A stretch of 64,000 bases of DNA from Spizellomyces punctatus DAOM BR117 (Eukaryota), in NCBI GenBank assembly GCA_000182565.2, contig KQ257461.1, one strand, 5' to 3'. Positions 24,485 through 44,025 of the stretch are shown here, in pieces. The stretch's first letter is position 1; every line of letters begins with the position of its first letter. Both the position numbers and the translations under genes were made by a program. Under the pieces are notes generated by a model, which made no database searches, was not told the DNA's origin, and saw nothing but the letters and a program-made list of their open reading frames with translations.

Positions 24485-25592
24485 ATATCTGCATTATTGG
24501 GTTACATGCAAGGGGGGCGATCAACAGTCTGTCTGCTTTTGGCTGGAGAGGCAGATATATTGGACACATTTATATTGGGCTTATTTGTGCATTTCCTCTT
24601 CTCTAGCTTTTAATAATACATCATGGTATGCCTTCACGTACGGCAAGGTTATTTTGCACTGCTGGTGTAGTTTGCTTTTATTCTTCCGATTGAAGCATAA
24701 CATGGGCCGATGCGTGCGTGCTCCCGCCCGTAGCAGTAGCAGTCGAAATTGAGACAGGTGCACTCGGCAGTCTCAGAAAGTTTTAATTAGGCAAACTGCG
24801 TAAAGATATTCGTAACATCAAAGAATATATAAAGGTTTACAGGTTAAATGATCCCACATCCCATCATCACAACTCCATCCTACAAATCAGCATACTTTTC
24901 TCACTACGTTTACCCGCTAAATGAGCATGTCTGCTGTAGCTCACATAACCCTTGTAGCTGCATCTGGATAGTACCACTGTATCTAGAGGGGTGGATCATA
25001 TATTGCAGCATCTGAATTCTTTATCACCCAAGATTTCATGGTTGTGGTGGAGCCACAGATGCCAGTCCGAGGTGGTGCTGACATAATCCTTCCGACGTCC
25101 TCCAGCTGTCCTGCTTCTCCGGATTTTCACTGTTGCAGACAGACCTTCTTCCACATCCCCTGACGCCGGATCAGTCGCGTAAAGAGGGCATGTTCTTCAA
25201 GATCAAACCTCGGATGAAATGAATCCCTTATTTCCCCTGTGGCATGAAGGCATACGATGAATGAAAGCGTGGATATGATGGCCAAAAAGGACTTGATCAA
25301 CAATGGTAAAGTCCCTGATGCTCGATCAAATTGGTCGACATTGCTGAATCCTTTCCTTCAAACCCTCATTCAGCGCAGTCGCACCACATGATAAAGGGTG
25401 CTGCTACGATGGTCTACCAAGCCTTATCCACCACAAACAAAAAGCCACTCAGCGATAGGTGGAACACTTCACGTTGCCACTATTCCACGTAGCACTTAAA
25501 AAGCTGATATAACTTCTCGAAAAGCTGTCCCATCTCTTGTCTTCTCTCCATTTTCTCGATTTTCATCGATTATTTCCACAAAGAAAAAAAAA

Positions 25593-26041
25593 ATGATCCC
25601 TCTTGGCCGTTCAATTCCAAATATCACAGGCCCAACTGGCACTCCGTCCGGCGACAGCGCACAACTATCAAATCAGACGGCGCAGGAATATAATTTCCAG
25701 CGCCGTCGGTCTTCTTTGGATGTAAGCTTTTGTCACTTGTCGCTTCTTACCATCTTTTCCAGTCTAATGGATGTTATTTATCTGAGTAGGCCATTATGGG
25801 TCATCTAAAATACGTTGGTCAGTTTCCTGGCCGAGTCCTCCAAGATCTGTCCCAGCCTTTGTCGGCCGCTCCACGTCCAATAGGCCAAAACTTTCCTCCT
25901 CAGCTGAACTCTCAGACATCATTGACGTCGTTGGGAGGCTCAATGGCGGATTTGGGTGCCTCAACAAACACCCAGGCACCTGCTAATACGACTGGAGCCG
26001 GAAAGCTGGCCAATGCTGAAGCTTTTTTGTCGGGAGTCTGA
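25593..26041 (+). CDS. Small (~126 aa) low-complexity hypothetical protein
   Basis: aaaATG start; intron 25722-25789 (GTAAGC...CTAAT...TAG) joins two ORFs in frame; contains RRRSSL. Confidence 0.65.
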
Positions 26042-26310
26042 AAGCTTACTCTTACGCAGTCTAAATAGGACATATTTAGTCGGAGAGCTAGGAATTCCCT
26101 CTTGTACGTAGGCTTGGGGTTATGTAAAAATGTTGTACATCTGGCCCCAAGCCTTCGCTTCGTGCCAATCTCCCCGTTAAATCACATTTGACTAGGTATA
26201 GTCCGCATGTGTAGTCCGCATGCAAAGTTATTGAGACACCAAACATGATAATCAATAAATGCTTTCCTAAACACTGCCAGACTACCAAAACCGCATATAA
26301 ATGTCTTATT

Positions 26311-27468
26311 TTACAATGGTATTTCCTCTGAGTCCCCAAACCACACGCTCATCCGCCGCATCACCAAAATTGCTAATAGGAAGAGGACCAGCCCCAACAG
26401 TTGATCAATCTGGCGTACTTGTTGTTGCAGCTGAGGAAGAGTATTGGGAATACCGGGCTGAGCCGCTCTTCGGTCAGCCAAACCTCTCGTCACTGCGCTA
26501 GGACGCCTGCGCATGCTCGTTGAGTTTTGTGAAGCTGAACTAGTCGATCCCGTAGCTGCAGGACTTGAATGCGAGGCTGCTTGTACCTGTGCCTGCGATC
26601 GTGCGGTAGCTAACTTTGTCTCCTGATCAGACGTCGGTGATCGTTCTGACGACTTCGGCAACTCGTCGACGCTGGCATGTGATTGGTTATCTTCCCCCGT
26701 ATTTGCACGATCTACTAGAGGTTCCTCTACCGTTTCCCTTGCTGATTCCGTCGACTGGGCCCCTGCAGCATTCTTTCCTGTATCCGCTGTAGTGAAGGAT
26801 ATATCGGGATCAGCTTGCAGCCGTTCACTGGGAGCATCGGCTTCATCCGGTAGAGCTTCCGAATTTTTCACGCCACATGATGGGCATATCCACTCCCTAC
26901 TTTTTGTCGCATACGCCTTGCGCTCCTCTTCCGTATAGTCCAACGCACCAATTGCTCCATCTCCTTTCGTGGGGAGAAAGGATATGAGAGCAACTAGTGC
27001 TGTCCGAACTCCCCATGCTGGACGCCAATACTCTGGATGATGGCCAGTAATTGAAAGACATATCTTTTTCCCGACCTCAAAGCGACCGTTTGGAGTTAGG
27101 AAAGAGATGTTTGGGGGCTGGATATTGCAAGGGATAAGCCATCACGTCTGCTAAACTCGGACATGTCCAGAATGCAGCATCTACCTTAAATGGATAGTCA
27201 GATGGGAAAATGAGCCTTCCATGAAACCTTCCACCTTCAAATCCTCCCTCAGCTGGACCGCGAATGGTGAAGTGCCTAAGCGGGGATATGAATCAAGAAT
27301 GCGTCAGTGGCTTCTTAGTCAGACATGAATTAAAAAGTCACACAATAACCATTCAAATAGATTTTCTTCTAGTGGGGCAGCCGTAAACTCCGGAGAAGGG
27401 TCGTTTCGCAGTTCAGCCAACTCCTTCATGAGGCGCTTGACTGCAGAACTTCGAGAGGTTGTCGCCAT
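26311..27468 (-). CDS. UBC6: Tail-anchored ubiquitin-conjugating enzyme E2 (Ubc6/UBE2J1 class)
   Basis: AVKRLMKE, PLEENLFEWHFTIRGP, PPNISFLTPNGRFEVGKKICLSITGHHPEYWRPAW; C-terminal TM LLGLVLFLLAILVM; 2 introns. Confidence 0.93.
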
Positions 27469-27733
27469 TATGCTCCCGTGCTTTGAGGTATATAACAGCG
27501 GAACAGTGCAAGGTGCAACGCTACTAGGTAGTGTCGTAGCGTACGAAGGTGTATCAGCAAGGCGAAGAAGACAGTATGGTAAACAAACCCGTAGGTAGAA
27601 GAGTGTGCTGTTGAACTGGATGGCGGGGTACGGAGCCTGGTAAGGAGGTTAATGTCAGACCACGTGACGCTTAGTTGCGTGACATCTTGCATCTTTAGTT
27701 TGCTGCATGAACCATCACCATTTGCACCATCCA

Positions 27734-29165
27734 ATGCACTTTTACCCTCGTATCCTAGTCAGATCTCATAAGGAGCGTTTTCTACAGATATACCCGTGGT
27801 CGATATGTCGACCTCCCACTGGAGTATCGCGTCTCCACAGTTCATGCACCGTCCAGCCAAACACTCCCTTTGTAGCCGCTGAGGACGTTCGACGAGCTCG
27901 CAAGCCATACAATTTTGGGCGCTATAATAAGCGCCGTGTAGCTTTCCGAGTGGCTTACATTGGATGGGACTACCATGGGTTTGCTCGCCAAAAGTTAACC
28001 ACACGCACCGTCGAAGAGCGAATCTTTGATGCATTACTCGAAACCAAACTCATCGATAGCACAAGAAATTGTCATTGGAGTAGGTCGGTGCGGTGGACAT
28101 TATGTTGTCGTAATGTATTTCATATGTGTTTCCTAAAGTACCCATGGAACCAGATCTGCGCGCACCGATACAGGAGTGAGCAGTGTGGGTTCTGTTGTAG
28201 CGCTAGATGTCCGCTCCCGACTTCCAGTTTCTCGAGGTAATGTGCCTTGGCAGACATCAAGACATGATGCGATCAATGCAGATGTGGAGCCCATTAATGA
28301 TCAATCATCGCATCTGGTAGCGGGAGAGCTACCGTATGTAATCATGCTCAACAAGGTGCTTCCATCAGATATCCGCATCCTGGCATGGGCACCAGTACCT
28401 CCTACATTTGACGCCAGATACGACTGCCTTCATCGCACATATAAATACCTGTTCGATCCGTCGGGACTTGACACTACTAAAATGCAGCGAGCAGCCTCGC
28501 AATTTGTCGGCGTCCATGATTTTCGCAATTTCTGCAAGTTTGCAAAGGGTAAGCCACTGGCGGCCTATCGACGAGCTATTGACCTGGTATCGGTCAATCG
28601 GCTAACGGATATAGAAGACCGCGCTTTCGAGAGCAACATCCTAGCAGGTCGGCTGTATTGCGTCACTATAAGGGCGCGTGCTTTTCTCTGGCATCAAATT
28701 CGCTGTATGATGACCATACTCTTCCTTATTGGACGTGGGTTGGAGGACGAATCCATTGTGGGTAAATTGTTAAATGTGGAACCCTCTGTAGGAAAACCAA
28801 TGTACGGATTGGCAGATGAGACATCGCTTATATTAGCGGACTGTGCATACAGTGACATTGCATGGTATGATGCCTCCGCATCTTCATTGGGGCCAGCTGG
28901 GAGTCTCGACAATATGTCACAAAGAAAATCTGCTGATGCATGGCTTCTCTCGCAGCTGAGACTGGAGGAACGAAAAGCGGCCTTAAAGGGATTTATGATA
29001 AGAAGCATGCTAGAAACAGTCGGCCATAGTATAGATACGAGCCTAATAGGCAGGGATGATTATTTAAGAGATGATAGAAGGTTCGGGGGAGGCATCAGCG
29101 CGTACACTAAAATCATGGAAAGAAAGCGGCTAGAGCCTATCGAAAGTCGAATGGCTATCAGATAA
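27734..29165 (+). CDS. tRNA pseudouridine synthase, TruA family (Pus3/Deg1-like); start uncertain
   Basis: RRVAFRVAYIGWDYHGFA; SARTDTGVS across intron 28084-28153 (catalytic Asp); LNKVLPSDIRILAW, FDARYDC, GVHDFRNFCK, AFLWHQIRCM. Confidence 0.9.
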
Positions 29166-29402
29166 ACTATTCGTCAATATAAATAAAAGACATTACACGA
29201 AATGGTACATATGATACATCAAGCTCTATTTCAAGACATAACTATGAACAGGAATCAGCAAAACTATCGCAGTGTATTGTCCAACTATTGTGTTGTACAT
29301 CAGTATTTGTTGCTGTCAACGATATGTCGAAATCTTTGGAGGAGCAAGAGCGGCTTAATACGCCGCAGCCATCCTGTTCCGAACCCTGAGTCGAGGCGCT
29401 TT

Positions 29403-34619
<5,217 letters not shown>

Positions 34620-35330
34620 TGCAATTGCAGAGAGTGTGATCCTGGTCTTCAAGAGCGTAGTTTGGAAAGTGCCCATTAAACCATATTTGGCAGCATACGT
34701 AATCAAGAAGATGTCCAGGAGGATAGCCATTCCAACGCATCATCTTGTGGGGTACTGCTGCGTTACGGGGTACGTCTAATAAATGATGACACCTCGCTGA
34801 CGAGCCTAATGCTGTTTTTTCTTTGTGGATTCGTCACTATCAAATTACAGAGATTCTATGTATTCGTCGTGCACTTGAAGCAAATTTAAGAAACGAAGGT
34901 GGGAGCATTCTCTCAGTCTAACAGAAAATCGGGATCCCGCACTTGCATCCCGTCTACCTGAACTGTCCATGCCATCTACCGGTCACCTAGAAGTACGGAA
35001 TGGTGTTCTACATCGACCAATATTACGTCCCTCTGGGCGGCGTCTGGGTCGTGAGGAGTTCAGAGTTTACGCTTCTCAATTTCCTCTCTTCCCATCGTCG
35101 GTGATGGTCTACTGAGCTTGTACAGATACCTTTTAGTATAGCGGTTACAATCCAGGAAAGGTGTTAGTTTGATTTCCTTATGACTACTCTGGTCGTTAAG
35201 TTGATCCTGTTCATGACCTCCCAAGAATGTCACAAAACCATATCGGGCAATTTTACGTAAGCTAATTAGATGCCTTGAATTGCTCTGGTACAAGTCTCAC
35301 CCAGCTCACGACTGTCCTTTAACCGCAAAT

Positions 35331-38277
35331 ATGTCCCGCTTTGTGGAAGCCTTTAGCGTGAGTTCATAGGCATGCTGCATGTGTCGGAGCGGTTCTTAAT
35401 GTACTCTCCTGCTTTCATGAACAGTTTGAAAAGCCCAAAGAATCGTTCGATATCGTTTTGAAACGGCTCAAGCGTGGTCAGGTATTGGACGATGAAGTTG
35501 CCAACTATTTCAAAGAGCGGTGAGACGTCGACTTTCAATCTCTCACTCATGTGGTTATGAGAGCCTCTCTAACTATGTGGGGTTAACAGAGCTATACTGG
35601 AGGAGAAATATGCTCATGACCTTATGAGATTATCCAAAAAGCATTCGTTGAGCGGAGACAAGGACTTTGTTGGGTGAGAAACTGGAGAGAAGATATTATC
35701 GCTTGACATGTCACTCAAGCTGAAGTTCTGTATAGCGCGTTCAGTGAAGTGTGGGATCAGCTTCTGGGAGCAACGAATGAGCTTGCCGGTCTTCACATGG
35801 TTTATGCTAAAGAAGTTGTGGAGACGCTTGAAAGACCTGTGCGCGGTAGAAGTCACACGGATACAGATTGGAGTAAACTAAAACAGGTAGAGGCCGTTTT
35901 GCACTGGTGACCGCGCCTTTTTCGCTAATGACCATGCCATCCATCGATGCAGTACGAAGCTGATTTCGGAAGAAGTACAAAGGATTATGATGAAAAAGTT
36001 ATAAAACATCTGAAGGTGAGCTCTGGCTCTGCGCCAAAACATATAGGCGTGATTTCTAACCTTGCGTAGGCAGTCGCCAAGGCAAAGAAGAAAAATGGTT
36101 CCGATAAACTTGGTGAGTGCATACATCAACGGGGAGCATCGGTGGACGATGCTGACGAATCGTATCCTACAGACAAGAAGGTAACCGATGCACTTGCTGC
36201 ACTGGAAGCAGCGAAGGATCAGTGGGTTCCACAGGCTATCCAATCATTCGAGGTAGGCCGCAGGACATCATCCGCCGCTGGTAAATTGTGTCCTTATGTC
36301 GGCTCTCTCTACTTTCCCCATCTTGTAGAGATTTCAACTCATGGATGAGGGCCGCCTCACCTTCTTGAAAGAGATCATTTCAAAATCGGCAGATCTTGAT
36401 GCAAGGCATGGTGGTGCACGAACTGCGGTGCGTAGTATGAACCTTGGCAATACCCACGAGCGCGGGCTGATTTTTCATATTGAAACTGTAAAGATTTCTG
36501 ATGGAATTCTCGCCTCCGCAATGTCATTTGATGTGGCGAACGACACCGCTAATTTTTGTTCGTTGAAAGGCAACAAAACTGGTGACGGTAGGGTCTTGCT
36601 GATCTATTGCACGCAAGCTGCCAGAAACGGTTTTTTTGACAGTAATCTCGCCATTTAGATGTCGGTTATCAGTATACAGTCAATGATGTCAGCAGTTCGA
36701 CGGCGTAAGGATGTGACTGTGGTTTTGACCAAGTAGACGTTGATGCTGATTATGTTTCGCTAGTACGTCACGCAAGAACTCGGTCGTAATTCCCCCAGAA
36801 CGCGCTTCGGTCGCTTCCAGTGCAATGGCGACAAGCCAGGTGAGCCTGGTTTCTTTCTATCCTGGCGTCAATGCTCGTTACAATAGTAATCGTCAAAGCA
36901 GAAACCCAACGTTGATGAGGAGGGTTACACAATTCCACCTCCACAACCAAATGTCCCGTGGGATGCGCCGGCCGCATCTGCTCTAGATGAGGAAGACGAC
37001 ACAAGCAGGTATGCAGTAGTGACTGGCACGGGCATTGACGGACAGGACTAACGACACTTTTCAGTGCGACAGGCAATCAGCGAATTAAGGTCGACATCCG
37101 GAAGGAAGCTATTGTAGAGAATCCCGATGAAGCGACCAGAATTTTGAGGCAATTTCAAGGCGCATTGCCTTCTACCATTAACCGTTCATCCAAGAGAATG
37201 TACATCCACTGTCATTTTTCGAAACCTGTACTGTACGTCATCTCATAGAGAATTCTCAGGTCTAGGCGTATGTCGCTGTCTGATGCTGGACAACAGACGC
37301 AGACAACACCAGGTTCGATGGAATCTGCTGATATGGTCCGAAAGCGCATGACAATACACATGGGACCATCGAATGGAATCCTTTTGGGTGGATCCGACGA
37401 GGTGCCTAGCCTACCCACCATGCCGACGCTGCAACCGACGAAAATTTCCAACTCAGCTCTGGCTTCTGGGAGTGTAACACCGGCTGCAAATACTTTACCC
37501 GTTCCTATCGCTGCATCCATGGTCGAGACGCTGAATGTTCTGATAAAAGGAAACGCCGTGGAAAGATTGTTACTGATGGGCGAAGTCTCTCTTTCACTGC
37601 CGAGGGCCACTGCTGATGTTGCGAGCAACAGCGGCAGCTTCGTGTTAGGAATTGAAAATTACGATCAATTAGCACAAGTGGTGCTGAACGAAACTTTTGC
37701 ACGAGTTACAGATCCTTCAAAACCCAACGAAGTCACCCTAGACCTTGGTGCGCTACGACAATCCGCGACCTCATTAGTACCTATTTTGAAATATCAAGTC
37801 CGGATTGATGATCCATCCGAATTCACTCCATTGTATGTGCATCCAGTATGGAAGTGCGATGCTACGCAAACGTCGCTTCTATTAGCGTATCAAAGGAATC
37901 CTTCCGTTCGCTCTAATATTCCGCTATCGGATGTTTCCTTCCTGGTTCATGTTGAGGGTGGTGGGGAGATTGGACAAGTTCAGATGAAACCTACTGGACT
38001 GTGGAATTCTGACCGTAAAGCCATATTATGGAAAGTAGGAAGCATTGAGGGTACTGTCGATAACGATACCGCCACCCCTGAACCGAGCAAGATTCTTGCC
38101 CGCCTCGAAACGACAGAACCTTGTCAACCAGGAACAGTAATTGTTCGCTTCACGAGCAATTCGCGCCTTCTTTCCGCGTGCAATTTGACCGTCGTCTCAA
38201 AAGACAGTGCGCAACCTGTTGTGGAGTTGAAGGACATATCGCGATCTGTCGTTGCTGGGAAGTACGGAGCCGCATGA
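35331..38277 (+). CDS. Muniscin (Syp1/FCHO-like: F-BAR plus mu-homology domain)
   Basis: MSRFVEAFS/FEKPKESFDIVLKRLKRGQ...ANYFKERAILEEKYAHDL (FCH-like); last exon IAASMVETLNVLIKG...GEVSL...ILKYQV...PVWKC...VAGKY (muHD-like). Confidence 0.82.
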
Positions 38278-38612
38278 CCCCAGATGGGTTAAGCTTTTGG
38301 CATGAAAATTATTATTTCCATCACTTAAAGATTGTATATGTAGACATTGTCATTTACTGAAGCTGCATCAATATTATCATTTCCACAGACAGTACTAGAT
38401 TTTAAAGTGCAATTGATCCTAGTTTCAAGTAACCAGTTGCAAGTAACGTTATTTCTATTTGTCATACCGTTTCGTCAGGATGACTACCATGGGGTGCGCG
38501 ACCATTACTCACTCATATAAAGAGAAAGTTTCCAGTTTCCCCCTCCGATTCTTTTCAGCTCAACATCCATTTCTTTTGTCTTCACAAATCATATCCTCGT
38601 ATTTTTCGAAAA

Positions 38613-39142
38613 ATGAAACCTAGGGGCAACGAATCCTCGAATCTGCTCCATCGTGTTATTTGGACCGACAAGGATCCCAACCATCGGCCAGCGCTCGAAT
38701 TCTTTGTGTTCGTGGAACCTGGAATGGTCGAAAAATGGCGCAATGATAAAAGTGTCCCTCTCGTCGATGTCCTGACTAGTACGTAAACTGCTAATCCCGC
38801 TCAGGCCAAAGTTTACTCAAGCTGACGATCCCATTCTCTACAATGTGTACAGGGTGGCAAATCTGGGAAGTTCCTAATGGAGGTCATACGGGTCGCGCAA
38901 TGACACCCTCTCGTCAAACACTTATTAATGTGTTTGGCACCACCAATGAAACTGAGATTATCCAGTGTATTTTGAGCGAGGGCAAAATCCTGCTTCCTCA
39001 CGCCGCGCACCACACCGAGAAGCTTTCTCTGGGGCGTAATAGGGGAGCACCCATCAATGAGACGAGGGGAGAGTACTCGGGAAGGTGTGCGAATAAGCAT
39101 TTCAATCAATGGGTTGGGTGGAGGGCGTCGGTTCATCAGTGA
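38613..39142 (+). CDS. RTC3: Rtc3-like SBDS N-terminal domain protein
   Basis: FFVFVEPGMVEKWRNDKSVPLVDV / intron / WQIW...GHTG...PSRQTLINVFGTTNETEIIQCILSEG; TATA-like element at ~38515. Confidence 0.8.
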
Positions 39143-39383
39143 CGTTTTGGATCAGACTGAGACATTGGGTGATGTATCTGCACGCATTTTGTACATAGCC
39201 CTGTATATACGCGAAGTATTCGCTAGCTCCTTGCAGATACATTCACAAAACATGCTGTGACATAAAAAAAATCTATCGTGATATATTTGCTGCATACAAA
39301 AGGTTGACAGCAATAGCGTCAGATATGTATAAATGTAAATCTTCTTCTGAATTGATGATAGGCGCCTCAGAATCCACTCATTT

Positions 39384-41523
39384 CTATGCAGTCCGCGGAC
39401 GTTTCGACGAAGCATTTCCATTCTCCGTCTCCATATTGCCGGTTGGTCTTTTTCTGGCGGGACTAGATATTTCAGTATAGTTTGGCGGCAAGAGTGTCCC
39501 TTCGCTGGGCTCGAAAAGCGGTTTAACGGGACTCGTTTGAGCTGAACCGCCTCCCACACCGACACTTGAACCGAAACTTCTTAGCGAGGATCTCTCAGGG
39601 CTTGGGCCTAACGGAGCCCACGTTTCTGGTGCATCTAATACGTTCTCGAACAATCGACGAATGTGGCCCCCTTCTTCTTCCCGACATTCTTCTTCACTAC
39701 TCTCACGTCCATATATTCCGTTCTCAGTTTCCAGCACTCCCAATTCACCAACATGGTTCAGGCGGCGTATTAGTCTCCTGAAAGCTTTCTGTATCTTTTG
39801 CCGCTGGTCGTTGTCCCTCGCATAGATCCTGAGCGTTATCTCCTCAAAGTCCGTCGGGATGAAACTAGAGACATGTTCCTTCTTGATAGGAAACGACACA
39901 TCGGGATGCCACTTCGAAAAGAAGCGAATCAAATCTACAGGATTGCGGTCTTTCATGGCATACCCCAACTTCAGCCATTCAACAATTACGTCCGAATCGG
40001 TGAGATTGTCATCCGATCCTTGGCATTCCACTATGGCTTGAGGTGTAATTTTCTCTTTCGCTTCTATCGATGCGTGTAGCGGTACCAGAACATAATCAAC
40101 GAACCTGTACAGGTCTCGCTTCCGAATCCGTTTTATAATAGAGCGTGCCTTTTCGAGCTCAGGTGCAGAGCTCCGTTCGATTTCCATTATTACGCTATCA
40201 GTGACATATACATAGCGCCTCATATCGTCAACCGAAGACGATATGCCAAGATATTTGTCCGCCGCCAATAAGGCTTCCGTAATCATGTATTCGGTCGCCT
40301 TTCCTACTCTATGGGTATATATTCTCTACATTGATCTTGCGTGAGGTAGGTGAGCCATTACAACCGACATCGTCAATGCTTACCTTGAAAAGAGAAAATC
40401 TTGTGTGGAACATCTGCGACAAATCATCGATGTTACCCTCAGCTGTGAGATGGCACTCCCACGTTACTAATTTACCTCGTATCTAGTGGAGGATTGAGGT
40501 CAATCAAGCAGCCATCAAAACTGAGCTGAGCACAAACTTACAAGTTGAACGCTTCCTTCTGGTTAAAGCATATCTGATTATTGATGACACGGGCAAATGC
40601 TATAAGCCGCATCGCATCCAAACTGGTCTTGATGCCAACATTGTGGCAGTCCCGTTGAATGTAGTCGAACTGCAAAGCCGGACCTTGTTATTCCGGTAGA
40701 GTAGAGTTTCACGACATGCCTCTTTCCGTGTACCTTGTCAACATCAACCGAGTTGCGTTTATTGGCAACAATATCAAACAGGAAGAGCTTGTGCGCCTGA
40801 GGATAATCGCTGCGAGGTGCTCCATGAATGAGATCTTTGATAAACCGCATCTGATGTCGCGAGTGAGCTGTTTTCCCACGAAGTTCTCAGACTCTTGCTC
40901 CCGCCTACCTCATCTTCATTAATTTCTACATGATCATTATCTTCGACGAGATATTCCAACATATCCTCCGAGGCTTGCTCATGAGTCCACTCCAATTCTG
41001 GCCTCGCCTGCTTCATGAACTCATTGTCAAAAATGTGGGAAAAGGGCCCATGGCCCAAATCGTGACAAAGACCGGCCAGCTTCACGCATTTGACGTCATT
41101 GTCCGTTATTCCCAGTTCGGGTTGAGACTTGCGCAAGTGCTCGACAAGAACGCCTGCCATATAGCAGACTCCGATAGAATGCTCGAAGCGGTTGTGGGAG
41201 GCTCCTGCAGGTGGCGTGAGAATTGTTCCATAAGCTTTTCCGTTTCCGGCAATCGCCCAACTATCTTAAAACTCACCAGGGAAAACGAAATAAGCGCTTC
41301 CCAGTTGCTTTAGGTCCCTTAGTCTTTGAAACTGTATCGTATCAACGACTTGCATACAATACTCATCAAGTTCGACGTGGCCATGAATAGGGTCGTTTAT
41401 AACCTTTGAGTAAGGCAATGGAGAGGCCTCGGTTTGAGCGAGAGGAGAAGCACTAAACTCCTCCTCGTCCAGACAATGGCTCATGGTCCGTGAAGCTGGA
41501 GGTGTGTGGGGGACGGCGAACAT
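39384..41523 (-). CDS. SAMHD1-like HD-domain dNTP triphosphohydrolase
   Basis: [76 protein letters not shown]. No SAM domain seen. Confidence 0.93.
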
Positions 41524-42633
41524 GGTGGGAGAAGTATAGCTTGTCGTTGTGGGACACAATACCTGTTCAGTCAAAGACTAGGCCTTCAGCTTGGTCTGGC
41601 CGTGAGACGGTGCCTAAGCTTGTTCGCCTGCCCCTTCAAATGAGAACAGTCGAAGGCGGGTAGGCAGCCAGAGCAACAAGAAGTCTTGGCCCAAGGTGGA
41701 TGGTCACTAAGCTCCTGATCGACTGGCTCAAGTAAGCATTTGGAACGTGGTGATTTCCTGCGAGATTACTACAGATCTTCCAGCATTCTTACCGGGAACT
41801 GCGAATGAACAGACAAGAAATGTGGGTAATGATGTGATTTATAATCTGCGGCTAGCATCATACTGCATGAGTACAGGCCTAAATCTCAGACTGCGCCTTA
41901 ATCTGTCAGTTCCATATATGACTTGTTATCAGCAATAGCGTCGGTCCCTTCCTTTTAAGCATCGGCACTTCTGAAAGATGTCATTCTGCTCGACCCTGCT
42001 TTCAACCAGTGTTGCATCTAATCTATGATAGGACACAGGCATTGCATATGGGGACTTCATCGATCGGTTGAGGTAGTAGCAGCCTTTGTTCGTGCAGATG
42101 CTGTTGTATCAAAGGGTTACGCTCTGCATTTGACGGCCATCAGACTTCATCATTTATATTTACTGGAGGAGGCTGTTGAATTACTGGCGAAAACAGGGGT
42201 CAACCACACTAGCCATCGATTTGTTCATATTCAAAAGAGGCGATACCATCGCGTCCGCTGCTAGGAGAAAGAGCAAACGTAATCAGCATGCAAATACGTA
42301 GGTCTTGCGTCCCCTATGAAGGGACAGGAGGAAAATCCTTGCAAATGCTTTCAAGAGAGGGTGCTGTGGTATGAGGAAGGGGAAAAGAGACTGACTACCT
42401 AGTTGAGATATGCTGAGAACGACTAAAAAACGACAAATAAAGCCGAAGGCGCACGAATGTATCAAGCGTCTTTGCTTTCTGTCGTAGTTGTCTCCGCTGG
42501 CCGTTAGGTATCCATTTGAGGTATCCTTTGTTTATTTCAATGATGGGTTCTGATGGTGCCCGGTCTTGTTGCCATGGTTTCTACTTGGTCATGCATGGTT
42601 GCACTTTCGTGTCGAGTGCTCCATCTCTCTGCA

Positions 42634-43830
42634 ATGTCCTGGTTAAATGTCGCACTTTGGGTGGGCCTGCCTTTTCTGATATCAAAGGCGAGGGAGTACT
42701 TTAAAAAGACCACCCCTCGCCCACCTCGTCCAAAGACCTCTCTTGATACCTTCTCCACATTCTTCCTTGTCTTTGTGGCATGTGCCAACATCCTTGTTGC
42801 GACTATACCTTCCCAGAATCTACTGCGGGACCTTCGCGTACACCCGGAGTCACCGTCCTTTGTTGTTCGGAACAATTTCCGGCAATACATGTCTGCAAAA
42901 TTCCCTGGATGGACGCAAGAAGGTGCATACGATCTGCGACAGGCGGATCCTGCTACGCGAGACCGTGTGGAAGAGCTTGAGAGATTATACGAGCTGCTCA
43001 AATCCACGGATAACCGGAGGATGTACCTTCGTTACGGCCACGATGCGTTCACAAAGTGCAATTGGTGTGTCGAGCCGTCTGACTTCATGATATATATTGT
43101 TCCCTCGTTGGTTTTGTCGTACGCCATGACCATGGTGTTTATCGGGCTCGGAACTCTGACATGGCGAAAAACACAGTGGCGCACGTATGGGGCAGTGGCT
43201 CTTACTGGCATTGCGGTCGTGGATGCATACGTTATATTTCTCAGCGAGGCAGCCCTAGTGGACCGACATGGGGTATCTTCATCCTTGTATGATACAATGT
43301 ATGGTTGGAGGCGATGGTCGTTTGCGGCGCTTGCCCTTGCTGCTGCATTCATTGACAAAAAAGATGAATGGACGGAAGCCGACATTTTGAAAGACGTGCT
43401 GGCAAAGAATCAAGTCATCTATAACAGGGCACAGGCCTTCCGCCTTGCCCGGGCAGCAACCCTGAGCGACGGTACTTTAAGACGTAAATTTATGGAGCAT
43501 TACAAAGAGAAGGAGGTGTTAAATGATGCTGTCTCAAGAGATCTTGAGTATAAGGTGCGTAAAAATCAAAACGTCAGTCTCAACGCAATATTCACCCTGC
43601 AATCACCATGCTATTAGGAAACGCGCGAGAAGGTCCTTCAAAAATACAACTTAAACCAGCTCATAACAGAAGCGCAGGCATTATGCGAACATATTGTACA
43701 GGCTGCGATAGATGAAGGGGTGGTTAGCGGCGTTGATCGCCGAGAGACAGATGCCAGCGAAGAGGGAACTGCATCCTCCGACGCACCAGTGTCTGAACCA
43801 ACACCTACCGCGGCAAATAAACGAAAATAA
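42634..43830 (+). CDS. Uncharacterised multi-pass membrane protein
   Basis: Long ORF with several hydrophobic segments and a YLRYG...CNWC motif; intron 43555-43617 continues in frame to TAA 43828-43830. Confidence 0.75.
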
Positions 43831-44025
43831 TATTATTCCAGCAAATTGCTATAGATTATTAGGAGGTTTATTTGGCTACAAAGAAAGGCTTCTGCTTCAT
43901 CCCAGACTGCTGGCCGTTAATTACTACCGCAATTTCCCTTCCAGAGTATCTCATAGGCTCCAATGTCGCATATTCTGAATCATAGTACATAATAGAAAGG
44001 AAGGATCCACAGTATCTCTTTCCTG

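Noticed and set aside
24900-25450. Coding-looking minus-strand stretch with in-frame stops
   Set aside because: No identifiable homology; may be a decayed gene but cannot be supported.
41950-42470. Two intron-like segments on the minus strand upstream of the SAMHD1-like gene
   Set aside because: No start codon or meaningful ORF links them; needs RNA data.
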